Source of the DNA: an uncultured Poribacteria bacterium | Lineage (GTDB): Bacteria; Poribacteria; WGA-4E; WGA-3G | Reading direction: 5' to 3' | Length of the DNA: 64,000 nt | Assembly: GCA_958296135.2 (NCBI GenBank) | Contig: CATQHZ020000001.1 | Span: 3,424,001-3,488,000 of the forward strand | The notes under the pieces: generated by a model | Database searches by the model: none | What the model was told of the DNA's origin: nothing | What the model saw: the letters and a program-made list of their open reading frames with translations, nothing else | Program-made: the position numbers and the translations under genes | Shown here: piece by piece, positions 21,001 through 30,304 of the stretch | How the letters are laid out: the number at the start of each line of letters is the position of its first letter | Numbering within the stretch: position 1 is the stretch's first letter

Positions 21001-21216
21001 GGCCTGTTCCAATTCTGCACGCGTTTTGTCGTATTCGTATTGATAAAATTGCTGCTGGATCTGCTTCCAGGGGCGGCGGGTGATCATCTCGCTCCAGAAC
21101 CCCCATAAGGTTACCAGCCCTAATAGGCCTGACAGTATAAAGAACAAAGCAGAATACGATTTGCTTTCAGCAGGGCTCTCTTTTTTGTTCCTCACGAAAT
21201 TTTTAAACCTCCACAT
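18076..21216 (-). CDS. Octaheme cytochrome c subunit of the Rieske/cytochrome b complex
   Basis: Eight CxxCH (CATCH, CTPCH, CRRCH, CHGCH, CLTCH, CFGCH, CTGCH, CISCH), N-terminal TM plus coiled coil; start uncertain (ATG 21216 or GTG 21195). Confidence 0.88.
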   Translation of the reverse strand: MWRFKNFVRNKKESPAESKSYSALFFILSGLLGLVTLWGFWSEMITRRPWKQIQQQFYQYEYDKTRAELEQATLALSELPPRQAADPSRLRSLKNEVVSAQVALDEALQERKFEQSKSDAVNYKYQHSLHEAKAHGAGERDATVQKWQTKLAEMESRIEGELTEAVLAAEANFADANKALAQFYQTHGDWETALSTYLIAQKYSPANTEVAEGIVAVQAELDTLKAAKAQQENVARVQEKLDSLSGIKRTFLGSLLENPFHETRTITQYYLEEFDHTADRCATCHFSADRTGYDKSAQETFEVEGDGENKVTYQLKHANVKVGSESVIIDGFDAEPDEYTLAPNGIITFNDVDIFGEVEIAYETGYRSVLQTHPHRDVLLAKHPVDRFGCTPCHGGQGQALTAKAAHALTHSEYWLTPVLGMDEHTGRTSEETKGYMESNCRRCHDGVMMLDDTNPQTGERQDYAPNLTKGLALFEDLGCHGCHAVEGYSALENIDKVGPSLAKVGSKVQDTAWLENWIKKPEAYLPNATMPNFFPADGMSQVVYLKNGGKRTGVVTKTANGIVVKTDDGTEYPYSNDYVLRIVDEVKSIAAYLAQMRDDTLDASASAVSESQRAIAAGEETVKTVGCLTCHAVGELGSDFAPALDSVGTKVTANYLRQWIRDPRAYDADTSMPSLRLSETELDNVVAYLMNLQEATPSAVSESVGEVDVAEGEALVRSYGCFGCHAIPGFENESKVGADLGEFGGKTVEEFDFGDTVDVEHSWTGWTLGKVTDPRRYQTRRIASRMPVFQLDDEDAKALAVLLKSFQSQQYPLSYIHNRTDKLNQIDAGRRLAKKYNCTGCHEIEGEGGSYIDVVIAHEGLDAINAKQFAPPTLQAEGAKVYPAWLFEFLKHPTDIRYGLKVRMPTFGLSDDEAATLVKYFSVLDDEPFPYETLEPLTVTRAELRVGKQLFDVLQCISCHPSQGERIPEGSDKAGRPDLSLAKERLKTDWLIEWLKAPQSFQPGTAMPQAWPLVGGQHIPVDGYAGDDAEKQIRLVRDYLISLGR

Positions 21217-21298
21217 GTTTCGTCTCGGCTCGTCCTCTCGGCGGTTGCCGGCACCAGGCGCGCCTGGCACTCCGACACCCCGCCTCACAACCGTGGGT

Positions 21299-22165
21299 TC
21301 AAATGTTGAACCACGGCGATACCCAGACGTATTTGATCTTCAAGCCCAAGCGCAGTGCCATTTTAATCGGCAGTGCCAGCATGCTCAAGAACAGAAAGGA
21401 GACGATGACGTATCGGACGAGCCCCAGTTCCTGCAAGAAACGACTCGTCCCACGTTTCCAAAAATAGAAAATCGGTCCCAGCGCGAAATAACCCGCTACA
21501 ACAGCAAATCCAAAGAAGTTCGCTGTCGCAGCCTCGCGAATCCCGAAGAGATAGGACAAGTTCACGTTAGTCAACGGTACAACGAGGTGCGGGTCCCATT
21601 TCTCCCAGGGCGCGAAGAGGTTCCAGCCGGGGCCTCGCAGGAACGTTCCGACTATCATCAGGACAATCCAGAGAATGATGAATCCGAAACAGAACACCGC
21701 GAGCGCGAACGGACGCTCCTTCAGTGTGTAATACCCTTTCCCCTTTGGATTGATGTCAATGTAGGGAATAGCGATGAGTCCCGCGATAATGAACCCCGGC
21801 AAGACGACACCGGCTATCCACGGGTCAAAGTATACCAGCATCTCCTGCAGCGCGAGGAAATACCAGGGTGCTTTGGAGGGGTTCGGCGTTTTCGTCGGAT
21901 CGCTCGGTTCCTCAAGCGGCGCGTCAATCGTGATCGACCAGATGCCCAGCACCAGCATCACGATGATCGCGCAGACAAACTCGTTCCGGCACAGATAGGG
22001 CCAGACGTAAACCTTGTCATTTAGTGCGGCATCCGATGGCACACCTGTCTTGTCAGTCTGGCGTGCCTGCTTGTAGGAAAGCCACATAAAATATGGGATC
22101 AAAAAGAGCATGGCCAGGATAGGGACATTATCAGGTTTCGTCACAAGTGCTATAAAATGCTCCAT
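21299..22165 (-). CDS. Cytochrome b C-terminal part (subunit IV / PetD-like)
   Basis: APLEEPSDPTKTPNPSKAPWYF (PEWY-loop equivalent), IPYID; follows the b6-like gene. Confidence 0.88.
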   Translation of the reverse strand: MEHFIALVTKPDNVPILAMLFLIPYFMWLSYKQARQTDKTGVPSDAALNDKVYVWPYLCRNEFVCAIIVMLVLGIWSITIDAPLEEPSDPTKTPNPSKAPWYFLALQEMLVYFDPWIAGVVLPGFIIAGLIAIPYIDINPKGKGYYTLKERPFALAVFCFGFIILWIVLMIVGTFLRGPGWNLFAPWEKWDPHLVVPLTNVNLSYLFGIREAATANFFGFAVVAGYFALGPIFYFWKRGTSRFLQELGLVRYVIVSFLFLSMLALPIKMALRLGLKIKYVWVSPWFNI

Positions 22166-22214
22166 ATTTTCTCCTTATCGGGATTCGGAACCCGGCAGAC
22201 CGGCACGTCGCGGA

Positions 22215-22985
22215 TTACAGGGGCCCAGAGATACCTCCATCTTTGCGGACCCGCCAGAAGTGCAATGCCATCAGAACACTCGCCAACAGCGGCACAGCGA
22301 CGCAGTGCAAAATATAGAACCTTAACAGCGTAGACGGGCCGACAATTGTGCCGGCTAGCAGCGCGAATCGGACATCGTTGGCTTGTGTCACCACATCCGG
22401 CGCGAACGGCCCCTCATGTCCTAGCCCAGGCGTCGCGCGCGCCATGTTGGTGCCTACCGTCACCGCCCAAAAGGCGAGCTGATCCCAGGGAAGCAGGTAG
22501 CCGGTGAAACTCAGGAAAAAGGTGACGAGCAGCAAAATGACACCGACTGCCCAATTGAACTCTCGCGGTTTCTTGTAGGAACCGGTGAGGAACACCCTGA
22601 ACATGTGGAGCATCACGGAGATAACCATCCCGTGTGCTGCCCAGCGGTGCATGTTGCGCAGGAGCATCCCGAACGGAATGTCAAATTCAAGATACTGCAC
22701 ATCGCGGAAGGCGTATTCGGCCGTCGGGCGGTAGTAGAACATCAGCAGCACACCGGTAACGGCTGTCACGAGGAACATGAGGAAGGTAATCCCGCCCATG
22801 CACCACGTAAAGCGGAAGTTCAGCGCGTGCCGAGAGACCCGAGGCGGATGCAGATGCAGCCAGACGTTCTGGAGCACCTGTAATGTGTAGCGTCGCCCGG
22901 TATTTTCATAGCCGTGGCGAAATATCGAACGCCAAATATCGGATTTCGTAATCTTTTCTTTTAGTCCTTTACGTTCTTCGTTCAT
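22215..22985 (-). CDS. petB: Cytochrome b6-like N-terminal part
   Basis: WCMGG, RNMHRWAAH, LHMFRV, TGYLLPWDQ, LHC/LHF, GISGPL end. Confidence 0.92.
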   Translation of the reverse strand: MNEERKGLKEKITKSDIWRSIFRHGYENTGRRYTLQVLQNVWLHLHPPRVSRHALNFRFTWCMGGITFLMFLVTAVTGVLLMFYYRPTAEYAFRDVQYLEFDIPFGMLLRNMHRWAAHGMVISVMLHMFRVFLTGSYKKPREFNWAVGVILLLVTFFLSFTGYLLPWDQLAFWAVTVGTNMARATPGLGHEGPFAPDVVTQANDVRFALLAGTIVGPSTLLRFYILHCVAVPLLASVLMALHFWRVRKDGGISGPL

Positions 22986-23063
22986 ACTTCTTCCGTCCGA
23001 CCGAGGCCAGACACGGTTCGTCTCCTTTCTGCGGGAGCGGCGTTCACGACAGCCGCCCTCACG

Positions 23064-23606
23064 CTAGACTTTCAGGAAGGAGCCCGGGTCGCCCCACTGC
23101 CCCTTTTCGCCTAAAAACTTCACAGACTTGTCGATTTCCAGCTGCCCATCTTCCGCCAGCGTAATTTTGACGCGTTCCAGCGGCCGCGGCGCGGGCCCTT
23201 CATAGTTAACGCCATCCCGGTCGAAACCGCTACCATGACACGGACACTTGAATTTGTTTTCCGAACCGAGCCAGCGCGGCGTGCAGCCCAAGTGCGTGCA
23301 AATCGTTAGCAGCGCGTAGAATTCGCCGTCTTCTCTGCGGACAATCCAGACACCGAACGGCTCTTTTTTGAACTTCTCGCTCACGCTACCCGGTGGGTAC
23401 TCCGCGGGGAAACCAGCCGTGAAAACGGAGGACGGTTCAAACAGCACGCGGGGATACAGATACCGAACCAACCCCGGCCCGAAAGCCAGCCCCAGTGCCG
23501 CCGTGAAATTTCCCCAACCGAGAAACTTGAAAAATTTACGTCGTGATACCACTTCTGCTTTTGCCCCCAATCGTCGCGATTGCACGCTTAAAAAACGCAC
23601 CGACAC
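23064..23606 (-). CDS. Rieske iron-sulfur subunit of the bc complex
   Basis: Tat motif SRRKFFK, CTHLGC, CPCHGS, GPAPRPL. Confidence 0.94.
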   Translation of the reverse strand: MSVRFLSVQSRRLGAKAEVVSRRKFFKFLGWGNFTAALGLAFGPGLVRYLYPRVLFEPSSVFTAGFPAEYPPGSVSEKFKKEPFGVWIVRREDGEFYALLTICTHLGCTPRWLGSENKFKCPCHGSGFDRDGVNYEGPAPRPLERVKITLAEDGQLEIDKSVKFLGEKGQWGDPGSFLKV

Positions 23607-23750
23607 GCGAAAAAGTTAAAATATGAGGATGTTATTGATAGTATAGCCGAATTCCAAATTAATGTCATCAAAAAATTGCAATGTTAGCTCTGGTTCGATT
23701 ATGAAGATGCAAAGCGCGCGTGAAAATCTACCCACCTTGCAACGCTAATT

Positions 23751-23779
23751 ATTATACCATATTTTTTGCCTTTTGTCAA
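23751..23779 (-). promoter_or_regulatory. Consensus sigma70 promoter heading the respiratory cluster
   Basis: TTGACA-N17-TATAAT with extended TG on the minus strand. Confidence 0.8.
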
Positions 23780-23829
23780 CTATTTTTGAGATTTTTTTCG
23801 TAGCCCCCAAAATTCCGAGAAATCTCGGT

Positions 23830-25541
23830 TTACGCGCCCGCAATTTGATGGATGCTATAGGGCAGTTGACAGAACGTGATGCCCATCGGAGTCAAGTCCT
23901 TCTGACTGAGGAACTTGTGTGCCGCATAGACGAACGCCTTCTTCCCCGCCGCCTTGCACTGCGTAGCAATCTGCACTGCACGCGTCCCGTCTAACGCCGA
24001 AGCATCGCTCTCCAAAAATTCAAGCCTCGGTTCGTAGATGAGATAGAAACGGAGCGTCTCGGTTTCCCCGAAAAAATAGTCGGCTCGTCGCGCGATAACG
24101 TCAAGCGCGCTGCCTGTCGCAACGTAAGCGATATAATTCGCCAAAGTCTCGTAAGAGGGCATCGTCTCGCCGGAGAGCATGCCTTCCTCGTCAATGGGTT
24201 CGCCCAGTTCACAATAGGTGAAAGAGCCGCCGAGGCCTTGCCGCAGTGCCTCGTTCTTGGCGGTATCCACACCGTTGATGACGCGCCGAACGCGCTCAGC
24301 GGTGATACTATCGGCGTAATCTTCGCACTCAATGAGGATGAACTTGCGGTTGCCGCCATCTTCTCTGTTGCGCGCGAGCACGGCGTGCGCCGTGGTGCCG
24401 CTGCCAGCGAAGGAGTCAAGTATGATATCATCTTGCTCTGTGACAAGCCCAACCAGGTCCTTGAGCAACTGAACAGGCTTCGGATAGTCAAAGGCTCTAC
24501 CGCCGAACACCTGCTTCAATTCAGCAGTTCCGTTTCCGCTGCTATATTCGGGTTTGTAAAGCAGTGACTTCGGCTTTTTCGTTGGCAATTCCCCTAGCGC
24601 GGGCCTCTGCTTCTTCCGCAGTCGGATCCCAGAGGGTGTCCTCTCAACAATGAGGTTGTGGGACTCGTTAAGGACTTTCTGCTTGCTCCACCGCCAATGC
24701 ACTTCTGCGCCAGCGGTAATCGGTAATACCTTTTCATAATTCTGGGTTTCGGGGCCTTCAACTACCGACAATTCATTCTTCTTGCTAACAAAGATCGGAT
24801 AGAACAAATTAGGTCTCTCGCTCCTTGGGGCACTTGCACCCGTGGCTTTCAGTTCGGCACCTTTTTTGTAGTACCCATAATCGTCTTGCAGCCATGACGC
24901 GAGTTCCTCCTCTTCCATGTCAAACTCGCTGATTTGAGCAAGAGCCCGATTTTTCGCCCAAGCGAGAGTGTACTCATGTGTCCCTGCGAATCCGAATTCG
25001 TTGTTGTTACCCTTGAGATTCATAACGGTCGGCAAGCAAGCGATAAAATGCACTTCACCGAAAATCTCATTCATAACTTGGCGTAAATGATGCACCTCAT
25101 TGTCATCAATAGAAATGAAAATCACGCCATCGTCGGAAAGCAGCTCGTGCAACAGATGGAGCCGCGGCCACATCATGCACAGCCACTTATCGTGACGCTC
25201 TAAATCCTCGACATCAATCGGCGAGTTTCCCGCCAGCCACCGTCGCATGAGTGGGCTGTTGACGTTATCGTTGTAAACCCAGTTTTCGTTGCCGGTGTTA
25301 TAGGGCGGATCGATGTAGACGCACTTGATTTTCCCCGCGTATTTCGGGAGGAGTGCCTTGAGCGCATGCAGGTTATCGCCGTGAATGATGAGGTTCTCAT
25401 CCAACGAGGGCTGGTTTACCCCCCCCCTTCAAAATTTACATTTTTTAAGGATTTGGCTGCATCTACTTCCAGCGTGCGAAACGGCACGGTAAGGTGATAG
25501 GAATAGATGAATTGTTTGCCTCTGAAATCGAGTGTGGGCAT
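23830..25541 (-). CDS. mod: Type III R-M Mod-family adenine methyltransferase, frameshifted at a G9 tract
   Basis: AAGGAG RBS plus ATG 25541 gives MPTLDFRGKQFIYSYHLTVPF...EGGG*; the body (IHGDNL, IDPPYNTG, YPKP, DSFAGSGTT) continues in another frame after the tract. Confidence 0.85.
25419..25427 (-). repeat. Homopolymeric G9 tract in the 5' end of mod
   Basis: Nine consecutive C on the plus strand; G7 or G10 would restore the frame. Confidence 0.9.
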
Positions 25542-25640
25542 GCGACTCCTTATGAAAATGATGGCATTGCGGTAATTTTAGCATTATCTCCGGGATTTGG
25601 CAAGCAAAATTTCCGAGATTCTCTCATCACAGCCTGTCTC

Positions 25641-26726
25641 CTAGGATTCAACGTAGCGAGTCATAGGGCCCCGGCTTTCAATCTCCGGCTGTCCTTGCCG
25701 TGCATAGAACGAAGAAAATCGGGCAACGATATCTTTTACGAAAGGAGGCGAGATTTGAATGCAGGGTTTTCCAAATCTCTTGGAAAATTCGTCCTTGCTC
25801 AGAGCTTGCAGTTTCCTGAAGTTGAGAAACCCACCATCAAAAAAACTAGTTTTTGGTAGCCAATGATAGTAAGTTGTGTAATTGTTACCAAAAACAGTCC
25901 GAAGTTTGTCTCTCTTCTTGCCTTTGTTCCTAATTTCATTCAACGCAGTGCTTACAATGTCATTTTCTCTTTCGATCTCAACGAGGAGAATACGATCCGT
26001 CTTGAAGTCACCGTTTTTTCTAAGCACAAGGTCGCAAGCTGGACTCAGAACGGTGAACCACTTATCATCAGCTGTCACAATGCTTCCTGTCGTAATCCTA
26101 TCCAATATCGGAGGAAATAGGTATACCTCTTCGGGAAACACTTGTTCAGGAAAGGAGCGTTCTCCCTCTTCCTCAAGAAGCTGTAGCAAATGGTTCAACG
26201 TGTATCGCAGGAGAGCTTTTTCGGTTCGTTCCGAATTTTCTTTTTCGTAGGATATCCACGTTTCCCGTTGCGGCAGGAGATTTTTGAGAAAGACTTCACT
26301 CAGCGTCTTCTCAATAATGCCTCGCCCTCCCATAATCCGAGTGAGGCCTGTGTTAAATATCTCCTGAAACAACAGAAGATCCGACTCGTACGTTCTATCG
26401 CCCCGGCTATACATCTTGATCACTGACGAATGATCTGCCACCAAATCAACAGAATAGCCAGTCACAAAGATAATGGGGATTCTGGTAAACGGATCGCCTA
26501 GTTGGCGAACGATCTCATTTCCGGCATCCTCATCATTTCCTAGCCTCAAATCGATAATTGCCCTATCATAAGAGCCGTCGATTTTTTTCAACGCGCACGA
26601 AGCACTTTCAGCTATCTCATATTCGACATTCAGAGGGTACTTGGCATTGAAGATTTTAACAGAGTCTTTAAATGCCTCTTGTTGCTTTTCGTCGTCTTCA
26701 ACGAGCAGAATTTTCATTGTATTCAT
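25641..26726 (-). CDS. Receiver-domain protein with uncharacterised C-terminal domain
   Basis: ILLVEDD, AIIDLRL, IFVTG receiver motifs; C-terminal VLSPACDL and FYARQG; ATGA overlap with the kinase gene. Confidence 0.85.
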   Translation of the reverse strand: MNTMKILLVEDDEKQQEAFKDSVKIFNAKYPLNVEYEIAESASCALKKIDGSYDRAIIDLRLGNDEDAGNEIVRQLGDPFTRIPIIFVTGYSVDLVADHSSVIKMYSRGDRTYESDLLLFQEIFNTGLTRIMGGRGIIEKTLSEVFLKNLLPQRETWISYEKENSERTEKALLRYTLNHLLQLLEEEGERSFPEQVFPEEVYLFPPILDRITTGSIVTADDKWFTVLSPACDLVLRKNGDFKTDRILLVEIERENDIVSTALNEIRNKGKKRDKLRTVFGNNYTTYYHWLPKTSFFDGGFLNFRKLQALSKDEFSKRFGKPCIQISPPFVKDIVARFSSFYARQGQPEIESRGPMTRYVES

Positions 26727-28894
26727 TTCTCTTCCTCCATTTTCGGGTGGAGTCTGAAATGCGCACCCTTTTCAGATTCCAAGACTTTCAGTTTAAGCCC
26801 GTTTCGTTCCGCGGCTTCACCAGCTATCGCCAATCCCAAACCCGTTCCGTCTGGTTTAGTAGAAAAATGGGGCTCAAAGATTACTTCACTTTCAATGTGA
26901 TTTGGTTCAATTCCTGGGCCGGTGTCGCGATAGTCAATATGAATCAAGGAATCTCCTACCGTCAAGAGTTCAATGCGGATTTTCCTCTTGGGCACATTTT
27001 TCTCACGCATCCAATAAAGGCTATTATCAACAAGATTCGTGAAAATCGCATAGATATCCTGATGCCACGCGGAAAATCTAAAACCGCAAGGATCTATAAC
27101 CTCAGCAGATACATTGTGAGTCTCCATTTCGTTTTCAAAAACGGAAAGCGTGCCCTCTATCGTTTTCTTCAAATCCAACAGCTTCTTGGTGGTGCGTTTT
27201 TTCGCGGCTAGCGGGTCAAGTCTGCGGAAGAGCTCTACGAAGAGCACCGCATTCTGCCATAAGCCATCGGTAATTGAAAGAATTTCTCCAAGATTCGCCG
27301 GATCCTCGGTTTCCAAGAATATTTCAGACCAGTACTTAAGGTTCGGTATCTGGTTGCGGAAGTATCCAAGTGGGTGCCTGCCTTCATGAAGAATAACATT
27401 GATGATTTTCCCGAGGGTGGCCTGCCCTTGATAAATAGCAACAGCTTTGCGGATTTCATCAGCAGCCTTGTTTTTATCTTCCTCGTCTTGATCGATAATG
27501 TCAATAATTTTGTCAGCGGTTATTTTGTCGACCGAGCCCTTGGCGAGCTGCATACGGACGCTCCGTTTCATCTCTTCAAACGAAAAAAGCTGTTGCAGAT
27601 CTCGCTCCACTTTGATAGCAGGACGGCTCAAGCCGGCCTTTTTTCTATAATCAAAACGCCGCCATTCAAGTTCTGTTATGACTTCTGTTGTGACTTCTTT
27701 CAGCCGATCGTAAGCCGGATTTTCCTTGAGTCCGTCCCGAGCACTCTTCTCGATTAAACCAGATTGATTTTCCGGCTCAATACCCACAAACCCAATCACT
27801 TGGTTGCTGCTGATGCGCTGTGTAGGATTATTGACACGTCGGCTATCCAATTTCATCCAATCAAAGCCAGCATCCCCTAGCGGTCTAATACGGAATCCGT
27901 TCCGATAAACACCGACACCGTTGTAGGCATTCAGAGACTGCCTGGCCTGGAGTTTTCCGACATAGTTACCGGATTCATCCTTGAGACCCCGCCGGATTAG
28001 GGACTCAATGGCCTCCTTTTCACGATCGTAGACTCGGATATCAATGTCAAGTTCACCACAGCCTGTTGGGGCCGTAGTGAACTTAATCTTTTCTTCCGGT
28101 ATGTTGCGAGCTTTCTGTGAGGAATAAGTCAGCGTGCCTTTACCGTCAGCATTGATGTGCCCGGAGATTTTGTAGTCAAAGAAATCGAAAAGCGGATAGG
28201 GCTCAATAGTTTCCTCAATGTTCTTCGCATCCGGAAAGCCATCAACCGTTAAATTGATACGGAATTCGTCACCGCCGTGTCTATTGCTGAGAGAAGAAAT
28301 CGCCGGTGACTTCAGTTTCTTCAATTCTAACTGAAGTTTTTTGAAGCGTTCCTGATTCCATTCAGCAAGAAGTTCACTACCTCCGTGTATCGTGAGCCGC
28401 GTTCCCTGCATTTCAGAGACATTCTCTGTTTCAACGAGAATTTCCACATCATCCAGATACTGCGCAGACTCAAAACTACTCCACTCAAGATAGAGCGTTG
28501 TTTTCTCTCCTTCAGGAGTGACTGTTTCAAGAAGCAAATCTGTGCCGAGAACAGATGCGGCATAGCGACCTACACCTTTACTTCCCTGCAATTTTCTTCC
28601 CAGAGGACTTCTAACCCTTTCACGCTTGTCTAAGGTCGATGGCACCATCCATTTGTTGATGACATCGTCCCTAGACATGCCATGTCCGTGATCGGAAATG
28701 ACGACAGTATAACCACTACCATCGGCAGAGGCTTTGAATGCTATGTCGACATCAGGAGAATCGGCATCATAAGCATTTTTCACCAACTCAACAACAGCCG
28801 CATAATTGTCTTGAATCAGATCGCGGCCGATAGTGAAAATGTGCCGTCCTGCAGGCCGAATGGTATAGGTTGTGTCAGGCTTCATGATTACCAA
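26723..28894 (-). CDS. MORC-like GHKL ATPase fused to a cytoplasmic histidine kinase
   Basis: N-terminal ELVKNAYDAD, DHGHGM, GSKGVGR; C-terminal LHEGRHPL, NLVDNS, DTGPGI, FSTK, GTGLGL; no TM helix. Confidence 0.88.
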   Translation of the reverse strand: MVIMKPDTTYTIRPAGRHIFTIGRDLIQDNYAAVVELVKNAYDADSPDVDIAFKASADGSGYTVVISDHGHGMSRDDVINKWMVPSTLDKRERVRSPLGRKLQGSKGVGRYAASVLGTDLLLETVTPEGEKTTLYLEWSSFESAQYLDDVEILVETENVSEMQGTRLTIHGGSELLAEWNQERFKKLQLELKKLKSPAISSLSNRHGGDEFRINLTVDGFPDAKNIEETIEPYPLFDFFDYKISGHINADGKGTLTYSSQKARNIPEEKIKFTTAPTGCGELDIDIRVYDREKEAIESLIRRGLKDESGNYVGKLQARQSLNAYNGVGVYRNGFRIRPLGDAGFDWMKLDSRRVNNPTQRISSNQVIGFVGIEPENQSGLIEKSARDGLKENPAYDRLKEVTTEVITELEWRRFDYRKKAGLSRPAIKVERDLQQLFSFEEMKRSVRMQLAKGSVDKITADKIIDIIDQDEEDKNKAADEIRKAVAIYQGQATLGKIINVILHEGRHPLGYFRNQIPNLKYWSEIFLETEDPANLGEILSITDGLWQNAVLFVELFRRLDPLAAKKRTTKKLLDLKKTIEGTLSVFENEMETHNVSAEVIDPCGFRFSAWHQDIYAIFTNLVDNSLYWMREKNVPKRKIRIELLTVGDSLIHIDYRDTGPGIEPNHIESEVIFEPHFSTKPDGTGLGLAIAGEAAERNGLKLKVLESEKGAHFRLHPKMEEEK

Positions 28895-30147
28895 TTCTCC
28901 CGCAATTTTTCCGCGATTTTTTGGGCAAGAATCACGGGAACTGCATTCCCAATTTGACGGTAAGCCGGTGTCCGATAAGGTTTGCCACTCTCGCTCTCGA
29001 AGTAATAGTCATCAGGAAATGTCTGCAGCCTCGCCGCTTCCCTCGGAGTGAGAGAACGATTCTGCTTAATATCCGGATGAATATAATAGTGGCCATCCAT
29101 CGCAATATGGGCGACGACGGTATGCGAGAACGGCAAATCTCCAGCGACAACCTTGAATCGGTTCACGAACGTTTCTCGGTTACGATGCGTTTTCAGTTCG
29201 TCAGGAAGATCGGTATATTTAAGGCGAACCTGTCCATCTTCCCAAAGGGTTACCGCTCTTCTATAAATCTCAAGATCGCGTTCGTTGTTGTAACGCGCCT
29301 GATGCAATGTCACCGGAAGTCCATCGTTTCGTATCCCTGCACCATATAACCATGCACTCTCACATGAATTCAGATCGCAAGGTCCTGCATCCCCTTCGCC
29401 GGCTTTGATAGGCGGCAAGTCCGAGAGAATGTCTTTCACGAAAATCTCTGGCGGACACATCTGTGGCTCTGGGTAGAAGCCACTTGATGTTCCTTTCTTG
29501 CCTACAAGAATAACTCTTTTTCGGCTTTGAGGCACCCCATAATCGTTCGCGGATAGCACCTTGCATTCGGTTTCATAACCTGCATCGCGGAATACAGATT
29601 GCATGCGGGATAAATAGGAATTCCCCTCTTCATCCTTGGCAGAACAAAGGCCCGGCACATTCTCAAACACGAAATACGCAGGCTCGTATCTTTTCAAGAA
29701 CTCAGCATAGAAAAGATATAGAGTATTCCGCTTATCTCCTTTCATCCGGTTCTGAGAACGCGCGCGGCCGATAACCGAATAGGTTTGACAAGGCGGCCCT
29801 CCAATAATCAGATCGAGTCTTTCGCCACCGAGTCGTTTATCAATTTGACAGAAAATATCCGTGAGGGTCGCCTCAGCAATTTCGTCGTTGATAACCGATT
29901 GGATGAGCTCTTCCGGAACCCGACTGTATAATTCAGAGCGACTCATCCGGTCTTCCAGATAAGCGGCATAGTGCTCTTCTTGACCTTCTCTCCTCAGCCA
30001 ATGATATGCCATCCGGGTACGGAGCGTAAAGCAAGCAGCCGCATCCATCTCCACATGCGCGATAGGGTGAAATCCGGCACGAATGAATCCTTCAGAAAGC
30101 CCGCCAGCACCGGCGAAAAGATCCAGAAAACTCAGTTCGCTGCTCAT
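28888..30147 (-). CDS. DNA (cytosine-5) methyltransferase
   Basis: DLFAGAGG, GGPPCQ, FENV, QSRKR, REAARLQTFPD, QIGNAV. Confidence 0.96.
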   Translation of the reverse strand: MSSELSFLDLFAGAGGLSEGFIRAGFHPIAHVEMDAAACFTLRTRMAYHWLRREGQEEHYAAYLEDRMSRSELYSRVPEELIQSVINDEIAEATLTDIFCQIDKRLGGERLDLIIGGPPCQTYSVIGRARSQNRMKGDKRNTLYLFYAEFLKRYEPAYFVFENVPGLCSAKDEEGNSYLSRMQSVFRDAGYETECKVLSANDYGVPQSRKRVILVGKKGTSSGFYPEPQMCPPEIFVKDILSDLPPIKAGEGDAGPCDLNSCESAWLYGAGIRNDGLPVTLHQARYNNERDLEIYRRAVTLWEDGQVRLKYTDLPDELKTHRNRETFVNRFKVVAGDLPFSHTVVAHIAMDGHYYIHPDIKQNRSLTPREAARLQTFPDDYYFESESGKPYRTPAYRQIGNAVPVILAQKIAEKLRENW

Positions 30148-30304
30148 AACAATTTACTCCAATTCGATGCATTTAGCACAATCTCGTTCAAACGCCGCCA
30201 AAATCAACCTGAATGAAGTCGTCTACGGCCATTCAGTTTTAAGTGGCTGTCCCGCGATAGCGAGGGCAGACGCTATATCCAATCCTCCGCGGTTTCAGAA
30301 CAAA

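Noticed and set aside
21080-22024. Long plus-strand ORFs antisense to real genes (also 8372-9172, 40387-41304, 45237-46499, 46045-47055)
   Set aside because: Shadow ORFs of GC-rich coding sequence opposite genes with clear motifs
23659-23671. FNR-like box upstream of the Rieske gene
   Set aside because: TTAAT-N3-ATCAA has the wrong spacing and a mismatch relative to TTGAT-N4-ATCAA
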